Part shown: positions 10,479-20,100 of the stretch, one piece after another | Numbering within the stretch: the first letter of the stretch is position 1 | How the letters are laid out: the number at the start of each line of letters is the position of its first letter | NCBI GenBank assembly: GCA_043810355.1 | Contig: JBDROB010000070.1 | Location: 1 to 58,310 of the forward strand | Reading direction: 5' to 3' | Length of the DNA stretch: 58,310 nucleotides | Source of the DNA: Candidatus Woesearchaeota archaeon | GTDB lineage: Archaea > Nanobdellota > Nanobdellia > Woesearchaeales > JAGVYU01 | Made by a program: the position numbers and the translations under genes | The notes under the pieces: generated by a model | Database searches by the model: none | Told to the model about the DNA's origin: nothing | Seen by the model: only the letters and a program-made list of their open reading frames with translations

Positions 10479-10625
10479 TTATGGGCATAAGAATGCTAGT
10501 TTAAAAGGTATAAGGATGCCTTTATTTGCCATGTATACAATAGCTAAAGTCACAATCAATCCAATAACAAAACCAATAACTGCATATTTAAATTCAATCA
10601 TACCAAGCTGTGCTTTTTTGTTCAT
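10479..10625 (-). CDS. 48-aa pilin-like peptide with class III signal peptide (not in ORF track)
   Basis: Hand translation MNKKAQLGMIEFKYAVIGFVIGLIVTLAIVYMANKGILIPFKLAFLCP*; KKA|Q motif, hydrophobic helix, GAGGT SD upstream. Confidence 0.7.
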   Translation of the reverse strand: MNKKAQLGMIEFKYAVIGFVIGLIVTLAIVYMANKGILIPFKLAFLCP

Positions 10626-10671
10626 AGTAATAACCTCTTTTTTTGTATATTTTAACATATAAATCTTCTGA

Positions 10672-11205
10672 TTAGGCTGCTATTCTCTCTGAACTAGCTA
10701 GCCTTCCTGCATCATCAAGCAATTTAGCAAGTGAACTCATCCATTCATTAGCTCTAACAACCTCTTGTTGAATCATTTGCATTGCATTTTGAGCATCTTC
10801 AAGATCTTGTTTGTCAATATCCTTACTTAGTCTTTCCAAATCTGTTTTGAGCTTTCCTGAATATCTTGAGGATAGTTTTACTAATGTGCTGGCTGCAACA
10901 CGAATCTGCTGCAATAAATTCTCAACATACAGCCTATCTCTTGGATTTGCTAGATGCGCTTCAATCTCTCTTAAACCTTCTTCAACCTTTTTTTCATACC
11001 TGTCAACATTTCTTTCACTTCTGCCAGCATATGCAAACTGCCTACGAGCTCTTCTAACATCTTTTCTTTCTTTAGGAGTATTGATTTTTTGAATATCTTC
11101 TTGAAGAGAGCTAAGTAATTCAATCACATTATTAAGAGAATCATGTTCAGCTCCAAGCCAGTCTTTCGCAACTGCTATATTTTTTAACATTTTTCCTTTT
11201 TTCAT
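10672..11205 (-). CDS. Hypothetical all-helical coiled-coil protein
   Basis: Start MKKG behind a GGTGG SD; heptad-like E/K/R/L/Q composition. Confidence 0.65.
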   Translation of the reverse strand: MKKGKMLKNIAVAKDWLGAEHDSLNNVIELLSSLQEDIQKINTPKERKDVRRARRQFAYAGRSERNVDRYEKKVEEGLREIEAHLANPRDRLYVENLLQQIRVAASTLVKLSSRYSGKLKTDLERLSKDIDKQDLEDAQNAMQMIQQEVVRANEWMSSLAKLLDDAGRLASSERIAA

Positions 11206-11466
11206 AAAGCCACCTACTATAATTTGTATGCTAATCCTCACTTTAAATCTTATAATATTAAAATCTTTCTAAATTCTGGCATAATACAAATAGAAAGTAT
11301 TATATACAAAAATATATAGGTTATAATAAACATAATAATGAAATGTAATAAATAGAATAATGGAAAGGATAAATGATAAATTTTGATAAATTAGATCAGT
11401 AAATGGAATGTAATCAAAAAGAGATTTTCAATTTTTTCATTAATTTTTTTTAAACTCAAAAGAGGT

Positions 11467-12702
11467 GTGAATTTGGAAATATTGATCCTTATCTTGGTCT
11501 TGCTGACTGCAAGCTTTATTATATCAAAATTTTTAGGTTATATAAAAATACCTCCAGTCCTAGGACCAATCATTATTGGAATATTCTTAGGAATACCTTA
11601 TGTAAAACTATTCTTGACATCAGGGAATCTTGAATTGCTTGAGTATTTGTCAAATGTCGGAATCATTTTCCTGATGTTTTATCTAGGATTAAAACTGGAT
11701 TTTCTGAGCCTGCAGAAGAATGCAAAAAAGCCATTATTGATATCAGCGTTTGCTTTCATCATCCCTTTGCTCATAGGATACTTTGTCTCGTTCTTTGTTT
11801 TTAATTTGTCAATGATAGAATCAGCCATCATCGGCTTCTCAATCTCAATATCAAGTGCAGCAGTGACAGTAATGATCCTTAAAGACTATAATCTGATCAA
11901 TTCCAGACTGGGAAACACCCTGATCGGAGCTACATTGATTGATGATATTTTTGGATTTCTAGTGATTTTAGGAATAATCGCAATGAAAAGAACATACCAA
12001 AATCCTGAGATTGGATTTTTGCTCATATTATTTGATTTCCTGATATTTATCTCATTGATATACATAGTAAGGTATCTTGTTGTACCTGCAGTCTTGAAAC
12101 TGATAGAGAAAAGAAACCAAAAAGTTGACTTATTTGTGGTTTCAGTCATAATGGCATTGCTGATGACAATAATCTCAGACCTGCTGAAGGTTGATTCAGT
12201 ATTGGGCGCATTCCTAGCTGGTATGATTGTGAGATACACTCTATTATCAGGAGGAAGACTAGAATATAAAAAGGAAAAGGATGTTACAGAACTTATCGAG
12301 GTTGCAACATTTGGATTCTTAGCGCCATTCTTTTTCATCTGGCTTGGATTTAATTTTGACATCCTTCAGTTCATTCAAATAAATCCAATATTGGCAATAA
12401 TCATAATTGTTGCAGCATTATTTGGAAAATTCATCGGAGTTGCAATTGGAAATGGGTTTGCAGGAGGTAATTTCCAGGAATCATTAGTATATGGATGGGG
12501 GATGAATATGAGAGGGGGATTAGAGCTAGTGCTGATTGAGATTGCAAGGGCATCAGCCTTCATATCAGGCGGGATATTCTCAGCGATAATAGTGATGACA
12601 ATAATCACCACATTTATCTCATCTGTATTTTTCAAGAATGATATATTGCTGTATAAATCTGCGAACAGGAAAAAATATGATAATCCCAAATATCGCAATT
12701 AA
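11467..12702 (+). CDS. Cation:proton antiporter (CPA2/KefB-like)
   Basis: About 12 TM segments; IPPVLG, GATLIDD, LGAFLAG, APFFFIWLG, GKFIG, RGG motifs. Confidence 0.9.
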   Translation: MNLEILILILVLLTASFIISKFLGYIKIPPVLGPIIIGIFLGIPYVKLFLTSGNLELLEYLSNVGIIFLMFYLGLKLDFLSLQKNAKKPLLISAFAFIIPLLIGYFVSFFVFNLSMIESAIIGFSISISSAAVTVMILKDYNLINSRLGNTLIGATLIDDIFGFLVILGIIAMKRTYQNPEIGFLLILFDFLIFISLIYIVRYLVVPAVLKLIEKRNQKVDLFVVSVIMALLMTIISDLLKVDSVLGAFLAGMIVRYTLLSGGRLEYKKEKDVTELIEVATFGFLAPFFFIWLGFNFDILQFIQINPILAIIIIVAALFGKFIGVAIGNGFAGGNFQESLVYGWGMNMRGGLELVLIEIARASAFISGGIFSAIIVMTIITTFISSVFFKNDILLYKSANRKKYDNPKYRN

Positions 12703-12703
12703 T

Positions 12704-12862
12704 ATGTCAGAAATATGCCGCTGGCCTGCATGACCAGTGGGCAATAGTCCGCAATCCATTTTTGGAAGGCGGTATATTTCTGAGCATGCTCAAAGCCAGC
12801 AGGGTGAGCGAAGCGAACATGCCGCCAGCATATTGACTGGTGGTTCCTGCCGGCTTTGACAT
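12704..12862 (+). repeat. 159-bp structured dispersed repeat, copy 1
   Basis: ATGTCAGAAATAT...CTTTGACAT; highly similar, same-length copies at 39039-39197 and 56209-56367; starts 1 nt after the antiporter stop. Confidence 0.95.
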
Positions 12863-12924
12863 GAGGCATGATAAAACCAAAAAAATAGCAAAACTTAAAT
12901 ACTTAAATTTCAAAGGGTTTGATA

Positions 12925-13650
12925 ATGGCAAAAAAAGCGGTGAATAAGAAAGGGAACAGCAGTTCAATGGATCCAAACAGGATATCTTCAGGAATACCAA
13001 AATTTGATGAATTATGCCAAGGCGGTTTCACAAGGCATTCAGTAAACCTGATATCAGGAGGGCCAGGATGCGGAAAGTCAATATTCTGCATGCAGTTTCT
13101 ATGGCATGGTGTGACAAGGATGAACGAGCCAGGAGTGTTTGTGTCAACCGAGGAGGAAGTTGATGACCTGAAAGAGGATGCGCTGAAATTTGGGTGGGAT
13201 TTTTCCCAACTTGAAAAAGAGAAAAAACTAGTCTTCATATATTTCAATCCATATGACATGACAGGATTAAAGGATAATCTGAACTCAGCGATAAGAAAAG
13301 TCAATGCAAAAAGGGTTGTGATAGACAGCATCTCAGTATATGGGATGGGGCTTGAGAATGAATTTGAAGTGAGGAAAGCACTTTATGACCTTTCAAGCTT
13401 TCTAAAGGAGACTGGATGCACATCATTGATGACAAGCGAGATAGTTGAAGACAGCAATGGAATAAAATTAAGCAGGTTTGGTGTTGAAGAGTTTCTTGCA
13501 GACAGCATAGTTGTCATAAGATTTGAGAGCATGGGAGGGGATTATTCAAGAAGCCTTCTTATAAGAAAGATGAGAAGGACAAATAACAATGAGGATATAC
13601 ATCCTTTGGAGATATCTAATAGGGGATTATTATTGCATAATCTTGATTGA
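12925..13650 (+). CDS. RAD55/KaiC-like (GvpD family) single-domain ATPase
   Basis: SSGIPKFDEL, Walker A GGPGCGKS, STEE, Walker B VVIDS, IRKMR. Confidence 0.9.
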   Translation: MAKKAVNKKGNSSSMDPNRISSGIPKFDELCQGGFTRHSVNLISGGPGCGKSIFCMQFLWHGVTRMNEPGVFVSTEEEVDDLKEDALKFGWDFSQLEKEKKLVFIYFNPYDMTGLKDNLNSAIRKVNAKRVVIDSISVYGMGLENEFEVRKALYDLSSFLKETGCTSLMTSEIVEDSNGIKLSRFGVEEFLADSIVVIRFESMGGDYSRSLLIRKMRRTNNNEDIHPLEISNRGLLLHNLD

Positions 13651-13808
13651 TTTATTTCTATCTTAAAAACAAGAGGTCTTGGCATGGTCAGAAAAGAAAA
13701 GTTTTTCTGAGACATTTGACATTTATAATGGGCTTTAAAGCTACAGTAAACTGTAACATTTGTTTATTGAAAATTCCGACTCTCTTGTTGGAATTTTCTA
13801 TTGGGTCT

Positions 13809-13942
13809 AATACCCCGACCTTTAGGTCGGAATTTTTAATGCTAAAAAATGCTTTGCATTTTTTGCACACCAGAAATTTGCTAAGCAAATTTCTCAGTGT
13901 CCCAAAAACCAAACGATAAATACCCCTGCCTTTAGGCAGGGG
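13809..13942. mobile_element. Probable non-autonomous IS200/IS605-type mini element (two end-like hairpins)
   Basis: Hairpins CCGACCT-TT-AGGTCGG (13815-13830) and CCCCTGCCT-TT-AGGCAGGGG (13923-13942), both in an AATACCCC context and in direct orientation; resemble IS200/IS605 subterminal palindromes; no transposase between them. Confidence 0.5.
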
Positions 13943-14012
13943 AATAGTTCGGTTTTTGTTATATTTGGAAAGAGCAAAAAATGAGCTTGACCTTGCCAAT
14001 GCAATCTTCAAA

Positions 14013-14048
14013 CAGCCTATTGACTGGTGGTTCCTGCCGACTTTGACA
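14013..14048 (+). repeat. Truncated 3' fragment of the 159-bp repeat
   Basis: CAGCCTATTGACTGGTGGTTCCTGCCGACTTTGACA matches the 3' end of the full copies. Confidence 0.85.
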
Positions 14049-14095
14049 GAAAATTATATAAATAGTAAAGTTAGATATAACAAAAAAAGAGGAAA

Positions 14096-17056
14096 ATGAT
14101 TAAAAATTGTTTGATAGTCTTTTCTGTATTCTTCTTAGTTATTCCCATAGCCATATCCAGCTATCCTGAACCTTATGTTGAGAATGGAGAGTTTAATTCT
14201 ATTATCATACTTGGGGAAGAAGGAAGTTATTATGATGGGATTAGCGCAAATAAGCTAGGTGAAGCTTTGGGAGCAGTTAGTTCTGGAAAGGCAAGAGTTG
14301 CTTCATATAATATTGGCGATCTGCATGTTTATGGGGATGCTTTTCAAGTGAGACAAAATGGTGATATATTAGAAGGTTCTGAGTTTGTTCATGATGTGAT
14401 AAATATCTTAGATAGTAGTCATTTGGAAATGCTTAAAGATGGAGAATTTTCTACAAGTAAAGGTAATTTTGTTTATGATCAAACTTTGGAAGTGCCAGGA
14501 GGGGCATACAATTCATTGGAATATGCCAGGGGAATTCCTGATGATGATTCAAATATTCCAAAAGGCTATATGCTCTTTAACTCAAGCTATGTTTATACTT
14601 ATACATTAAGTTTTATTGATACGCCAATTTCTGAGATTGATACTGCTGCAAATGGGTATGAGCTAAAGGATTTTGAAAAATCTGACATAACAATGCTAGG
14701 GAAGGAATTCTTTTTAATTGACACTGACCATAATGCAAACAACAGTGTTGTTTTGACATTATTGAGCGGAGCAGAAAAAGGAGTTCTTCAGGAGGGGGAG
14801 AAAAAAGAATATGAATTAAATGGGGAGAAGTATGAGATTGAGTTGGTTGCTGTTCAAGATGTTGCTCCGAGCACTGCATTGTTTAAAATTAATGGGGTTT
14901 CTACAAATTCGATTTTAGAAGGAAATACAGATATTGTTAATGGAATGCAAATTACTGTTAGTGAGATTATTCCAAATGAGGCAGGAGATGTGACACTTGA
15001 TTTAGTTGAGTTTTACCTTGACTCTTATAAGGTTGTATTGAAGGATACTGATGTTTCAAGTACGAGTACAGGTGGGCAGCAATATAAAGTTAATGATGAA
15101 ACTATAGATGATACTCGAGTTGAAATTGTTGCTGAAGATGATGGGAGAATTGCTGGAGAAGAATTTAAGCTTAATCAAATTATTATTAGGTGGGCTCCAT
15201 CACAAACCCATTATGTAGAAACAGAACAGTATCTTTCAGAAGTTTTGGAGGAAAGAGATGCATTGTTTGGCAATCTTGACTATTATTTTTATGGATCAAA
15301 TCCCAACAATGAAATAGAGTCTGTTGATCTTATTCCAAAAGGCAATAATGAGTATGTGCTTAAGTTTGAGAATTTGGATAGTGAATTATTAGAGGTTCCT
15401 CTTTTTTATAATAATGACGGAAGTTTTACAAGGTTTGGAAATTCAAATCATGCTCTTGTTGTGGATGAGGTGAGGGATATAACTCAAAATGACTTTTTCC
15501 TTGTAACAACTGATGGATCTGCTAATCCAACAGAAGCAAAAGGATTGACAAAGCTTTTCCAGTACAAAGGGCAGGATGTATCTGAAAACACCTTGAAATT
15601 CAAGAATATGGGGACAGGCGAGGTCTTTAAAATCAATTATAATGCAACTGACTCATTGAATGTAGGTGGGGAAGAATTTATAATAAGTGTAAAGCAAAGT
15701 GCAGTTAATAATGGAAATATTTCAATAGACTTGAATAAGGATGGAAGCATAGATTCTGGAGATGTTCCAGTATTGGTTACTAAGTATTTGGCAAAAATAG
15801 TATTGGATGCAAATACTTTTAGTAAGCTTGAAGTAATTTCTCCTGATTCTGAAGAAGGGGTTTCATTGGCAGCATGGGCTCCTTATGGAGTTACTGAAGG
15901 CCATGATTATTTTCTAATAAGTGTGGGTTCTGATTCAAGGGGGAATATTGATATTGGTGCTCTTGGAAGGTGTTTAAGTTCGAATCTTGATGAGATGACT
16001 GTTGCACTTGGAGCAGGACTTGCAGCTGTAGTGCAGGCAGGATGTTACAATACTTGGACAAATGTGACTTACTCTTTCTTAAAAAGAGTTGGAACAACAG
16101 ATAATTATGATGGAGCTGGAGCTTGGGGAAGTTTTGTTGAATTGTACAAAGATAATAATGGTCCAGATACTATTTATATTGCAGGAGCAAAGAAAATGGA
16201 TGAGACATTGTTCTTTATTACTGATACAAATGCTGAATTTGAGCTTATTGAAGAAGAAGATGAAGAGAGTAATGCTTCAGTATTTGGATTGACATCAAAA
16301 AATATCATTCTTGATAGTGATATAACTAGTAAGAAGAATATTATATCAGTTGGAGGTCCTTGTATTAATCAGAAGACAGCTGAGATAATGGGATTAAATT
16401 ATCCTACATGTGGTGATTTAGGAGTTGGTCCTGGAGAAGCATTGATAAAGGAGTATGATTATGAAGATGGAAAAGTGCTTGTTGTTTTTGGCTATGATTC
16501 TCTTGACACTTTTAATGCTGTTGAAAAGTTGAATTCAGGAATTGAATTGTATGATAATAGTGTTTTGATTAAAGGGGATATTGCAACGGAGTTTACAGGG
16601 TTGATTGAGAAAAAGGTTGAGAAGGTGATGACTACGACCACTACCTTGCTTGAGTCTACTCTTGGATGCGATGGGGGAGCTCTTGCTATAGGTAGGTATG
16701 ATACTCAATCGAGAAAATTTGGAGTAAGAGTAAATAGATACACTGATGTATCAATTGATATGAAAGGACTAAATGGAGTGCTAACTTTAACTGTAAATAA
16801 ACCATTTAAGTCGCAACTTGGTGTTGATTTCCTTGATTATTCTATTCATATAAGACAAGATGATTGTTTTGGCAATGAAGTCCAACTGATTGATGGGCAG
16901 CAGACTGAAGGGGAACAAGTATTAATACATGAGATCATTGTTCCAGAGCCTGGTTGTTACTGTATGTATATAGAAAATGAAGATTTTTTCTTGGATTCAG
17001 CATCAATTGAGCTGAAACCGACAGGCACATTTATGCTTCCTTTTGGAACTAGTTAG
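14096..17056 (+). CDS. S-layer-like protein with extra C-terminal domain
   Basis: Signal peptide; N-terminal YPEPYVENG..IILGE..D..SA and C-terminal IISVGGPCIN...VLVVFGY..DT motifs of archaeal S-layer N/C domains; acidic, beta-rich; TTTTT linker then about 130 aa extra. Confidence 0.75.
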   Translation: MIKNCLIVFSVFFLVIPIAISSYPEPYVENGEFNSIIILGEEGSYYDGISANKLGEALGAVSSGKARVASYNIGDLHVYGDAFQVRQNGDILEGSEFVHDVINILDSSHLEMLKDGEFSTSKGNFVYDQTLEVPGGAYNSLEYARGIPDDDSNIPKGYMLFNSSYVYTYTLSFIDTPISEIDTAANGYELKDFEKSDITMLGKEFFLIDTDHNANNSVVLTLLSGAEKGVLQEGEKKEYELNGEKYEIELVAVQDVAPSTALFKINGVSTNSILEGNTDIVNGMQITVSEIIPNEAGDVTLDLVEFYLDSYKVVLKDTDVSSTSTGGQQYKVNDETIDDTRVEIVAEDDGRIAGEEFKLNQIIIRWAPSQTHYVETEQYLSEVLEERDALFGNLDYYFYGSNPNNEIESVDLIPKGNNEYVLKFENLDSELLEVPLFYNNDGSFTRFGNSNHALVVDEVRDITQNDFFLVTTDGSANPTEAKGLTKLFQYKGQDVSENTLKFKNMGTGEVFKINYNATDSLNVGGEEFIISVKQSAVNNGNISIDLNKDGSIDSGDVPVLVTKYLAKIVLDANTFSKLEVISPDSEEGVSLAAWAPYGVTEGHDYFLISVGSDSRGNIDIGALGRCLSSNLDEMTVALGAGLAAVVQAGCYNTWTNVTYSFLKRVGTTDNYDGAGAWGSFVELYKDNNGPDTIYIAGAKKMDETLFFITDTNAEFELIEEEDEESNASVFGLTSKNIILDSDITSKKNIISVGGPCINQKTAEIMGLNYPTCGDLGVGPGEALIKEYDYEDGKVLVVFGYDSLDTFNAVEKLNSGIELYDNSVLIKGDIATEFTGLIEKKVEKVMTTTTTLLESTLGCDGGALAIGRYDTQSRKFGVRVNRYTDVSIDMKGLNGVLTLTVNKPFKSQLGVDFLDYSIHIRQDDCFGNEVQLIDGQQTEGEQVLIHEIIVPEPGCYCMYIENEDFFLDSASIELKPTGTFMLPFGTS

Positions 17057-17174
17057 TTTGTCTAGTTCTTTTTTTTACTACTTTTTTTCGAAGCATTTAT
17101 ATATTGGAACAATACAACATCCATATTTTTATTACTAATAAATAGTAAACAATTGTTCAGAATTATATATCACA

Positions 17175-20100
17175 ATGACACTACGAAGATCTATACTTAT
17201 AGTTGAAAGTGGTCCTAGAAGGGCTGATCTAGAAGGGGTTTTAAAAGCTTCTTTTCCAGATTATACTATTTATTCTTTTGCTCAGCCTTCAGATGTTAAT
17301 CTTCCAGAGTTAAGCGGTGTTGATGTTGTAATCGGAGATTATGCCTTTAGTGATCAAGGGGATTTTATGCTAGCTGAATTGGCTCAACATAATCCTAATG
17401 CAAGGCAATTAATTTTAGCTAATCAGGATCAAGTTTCCAAAGCAGTTGGTCTTATAAGCGATGGTAGAATAAATGGGTATATTCTGAAGCCATTAGAAGC
17501 GATTGAGGCAATGGTTGTTCCTGTTCTTGAGGAATTATTTCAAAGAATCCATCTTTCAGGAAGTGAATTTCAGGCATCACAACTTGACCAAAAAAGGGTT
17601 ATTGATATTTTTAAAGATTATGGCAATCCTATATTAACTAAGTTATTGCAAATGTTTGGCATGGACACACGTTTTGCAAAGGCAGAAGGCCAGTATGTGT
17701 TTGATGCTGATGGAGAAAAATATTTAGATTTGCTTGGTTCTTTTGGGGCTCTTAATTTAGGTCATAATCCTCCTCAGATTGAAGCAAAGTTACGAGAGAT
17801 TGCTATGTCTCCAAAATTACTTCAGCCCGGACTTAATCCTTATCATGCAGAAGTACTTATGCTTCTTGACCAAATAACGCCAGATTCTGTTTCTAGAGCT
17901 TATTTAGCAAACAGCGGAGCTGAAGCAACAGAAGCAGCTCTTAAATTAGTGGCAGCAGCTACTGGAAAAAGTGCTGTTGTCCATACACAAGGATCATTTC
18001 ATGGAAAAACTCTTGGTGCACTTTCTGTGACCGGAAATCGCAAATATCAAGGACCTTTTAGTGGTTTACTGGTCCAACAACCAGTTATCCCTTATAATGA
18101 TCCAGAAGCACTTGAAAAGATGTTAAGTTCAAGAGATGACATTGCTGCTTTTATTGTTGAACCTATCCAGGGAGAAGGAGGAATTAATGTGCCTTCATCT
18201 GATTATTTGCAAAGAGTTAGGGATATTTGTACTGAACACGGTGTTTTGTTAATTGTTGATGAAATTCAAACTGGACTTGGTAGAACAGGAAAAATGTTTG
18301 CCTCTTCAGATATAAATCCAGATGTTTTACTTATTGGAAAATCACTAGGAGGTGGTCATGTACCTGTAAGTGCAATGATGACTTCTGATAAATTATGGAA
18401 TCTGGCATATGGAACAACTGATAGTGCATTATTGCATACATCTACTTTTAGTGGAAATACTACTGCTTGTGCAGTTGCTGCTGAGTCGATAAGAACATTG
18501 CTAAGTGGTAATTATATTGATAGAGCCAAAGTATTGGGGGATTATCTTTTATCTGGATTACAATATTTACAAGAAATGCATGATATTATTAAGGAAGTCA
18601 GAGGGCAAGGATTAATGATTGGTATTGAATTTAACAAACCCTTTCTTGGAAACCTAATGACTGAGAATTATCTTGGTCAAATAATTGCAGGACAATTATT
18701 CCGTAATTACCATATTATTACTTCTTTTACTCTTAATCGACCAAACATTTTGAGAATTGAACCTCCTTTAACAATAACAAAGGAGGATATTGATTATGCC
18801 TTAAAGTCTATGGATGACCTATTTACAAGATTACCTAAACCAGAACATCATGTAGCCACAATGATACAGTATATGACAAGTGAGGATCTTGATGAAATGG
18901 TTGAAATGGGAACAATTATTGGAGGAAGACAAGAACCAGTTGATTTGGATTCTGCTCATGTGAATGTTATTGCAGATAGACTGATAGCAGATCCTGCTTT
19001 ACTTATGTTAAGAACTAAAACATATGGATCTCTTGATCCTGATCGACGCGAACTGGTTTCGTCAGTTTATACAAATACAATAACTGAGATAAATCAAAGA
19101 GCTTTACAAGCTTCATGTGATGCTGCTAAAGATTTTCATGCAGTTCCCATGTCACAAAGACATAAAGCTCTTGCCAAGTGGGGTGATTTAGTTACAGAGA
19201 ATTTTTCAAGTTTGGTAAAAATAGGCACATTTGAAGGTTTTAGTTATCAAGCTATGCTCTGGCAATTAGACACTATCTTAAATATTCTTGATCCTGAACA
19301 TTTGGTTACTTTAGAAAATATGATGAGGCCTTACCAAACAGCACAAGGTTCAAGAACAGTGTTTTATCGAGAATCAATTCCTGGAGTTGTTGGAATTACT
19401 CCTGCCGCTAATGCTGCAATTGTTTTAGGAACATTAGGTGTTGCATCATCTGTCAGTAGTGGAAAATCATTTGTAATGTCTGCAGGTACCTCTCTTACTA
19501 CGCATACTTTAATGAATTATCTTATAGATGCGTTTGAGGAAAATGGAATTGATCCTGCTCCTATTAATGTTATTTATAGCAATAACAGGGGTTCGATAAA
19601 GGAATGGCCTGGATTTGGAATAAGTGATAGTGGAATTGTGACAGTTGATCCTTCTCTTGAACAGAGAAGAGCTCTTGATTTTGTTGCTTATTGGGGACCA
19701 AGGAATGAAAAACTCATGGAATCTTTTGATAAAGCCGGAATTCAGGGCAGTTATGACCTTAATGGATCAGATCCTATTATTGTAAATAAAGATGCTGACA
19801 TTGACAGAGCTGTCTCTGACATAATGCTTAGGTATGCTGCAAGTGGACAAATATGTATTTCTCCAAAAAGAGCAATTGTGCATGAAGATGCAGCAGGGAT
19901 TGTGTTAGAGAAAGTTAATTATGAAATTAAACAATTACGTGCAGGACTGCTATCAGATCCAACAACAGATTTAATGCCTGTACCTGGCATAAGAGACAGA
20001 AGTAGGTATGAAGAAGCTATTAAACAAGCACTTGGAGAAGGAGGCTTAGTTTATATTAGCGGGGAATTAGTTCCTCTAGGAACAGAATTTTCAAGCTTAG

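Noticed and set aside
11242-11466. AT-rich gap with AATG(A/G)AATGTAAT repeats as a replication origin
   Set aside because: No ORB-like G-string and no cdc6/orc1 nearby; low complexity is enough to explain it.
12707-13000. Similar short ORFs at 12707-13000, 38982-39194 and 56212-56400
   Set aside because: They are translations of the non-coding repeat with inconsistent strands, starts and lengths.
13647-14011. ORFs 13647-13919 (+) and 13688-14011 (-) as transposase remnants
   Set aside because: No HUH, RuvC or other recognisable motif; the region is explained by palindromes.
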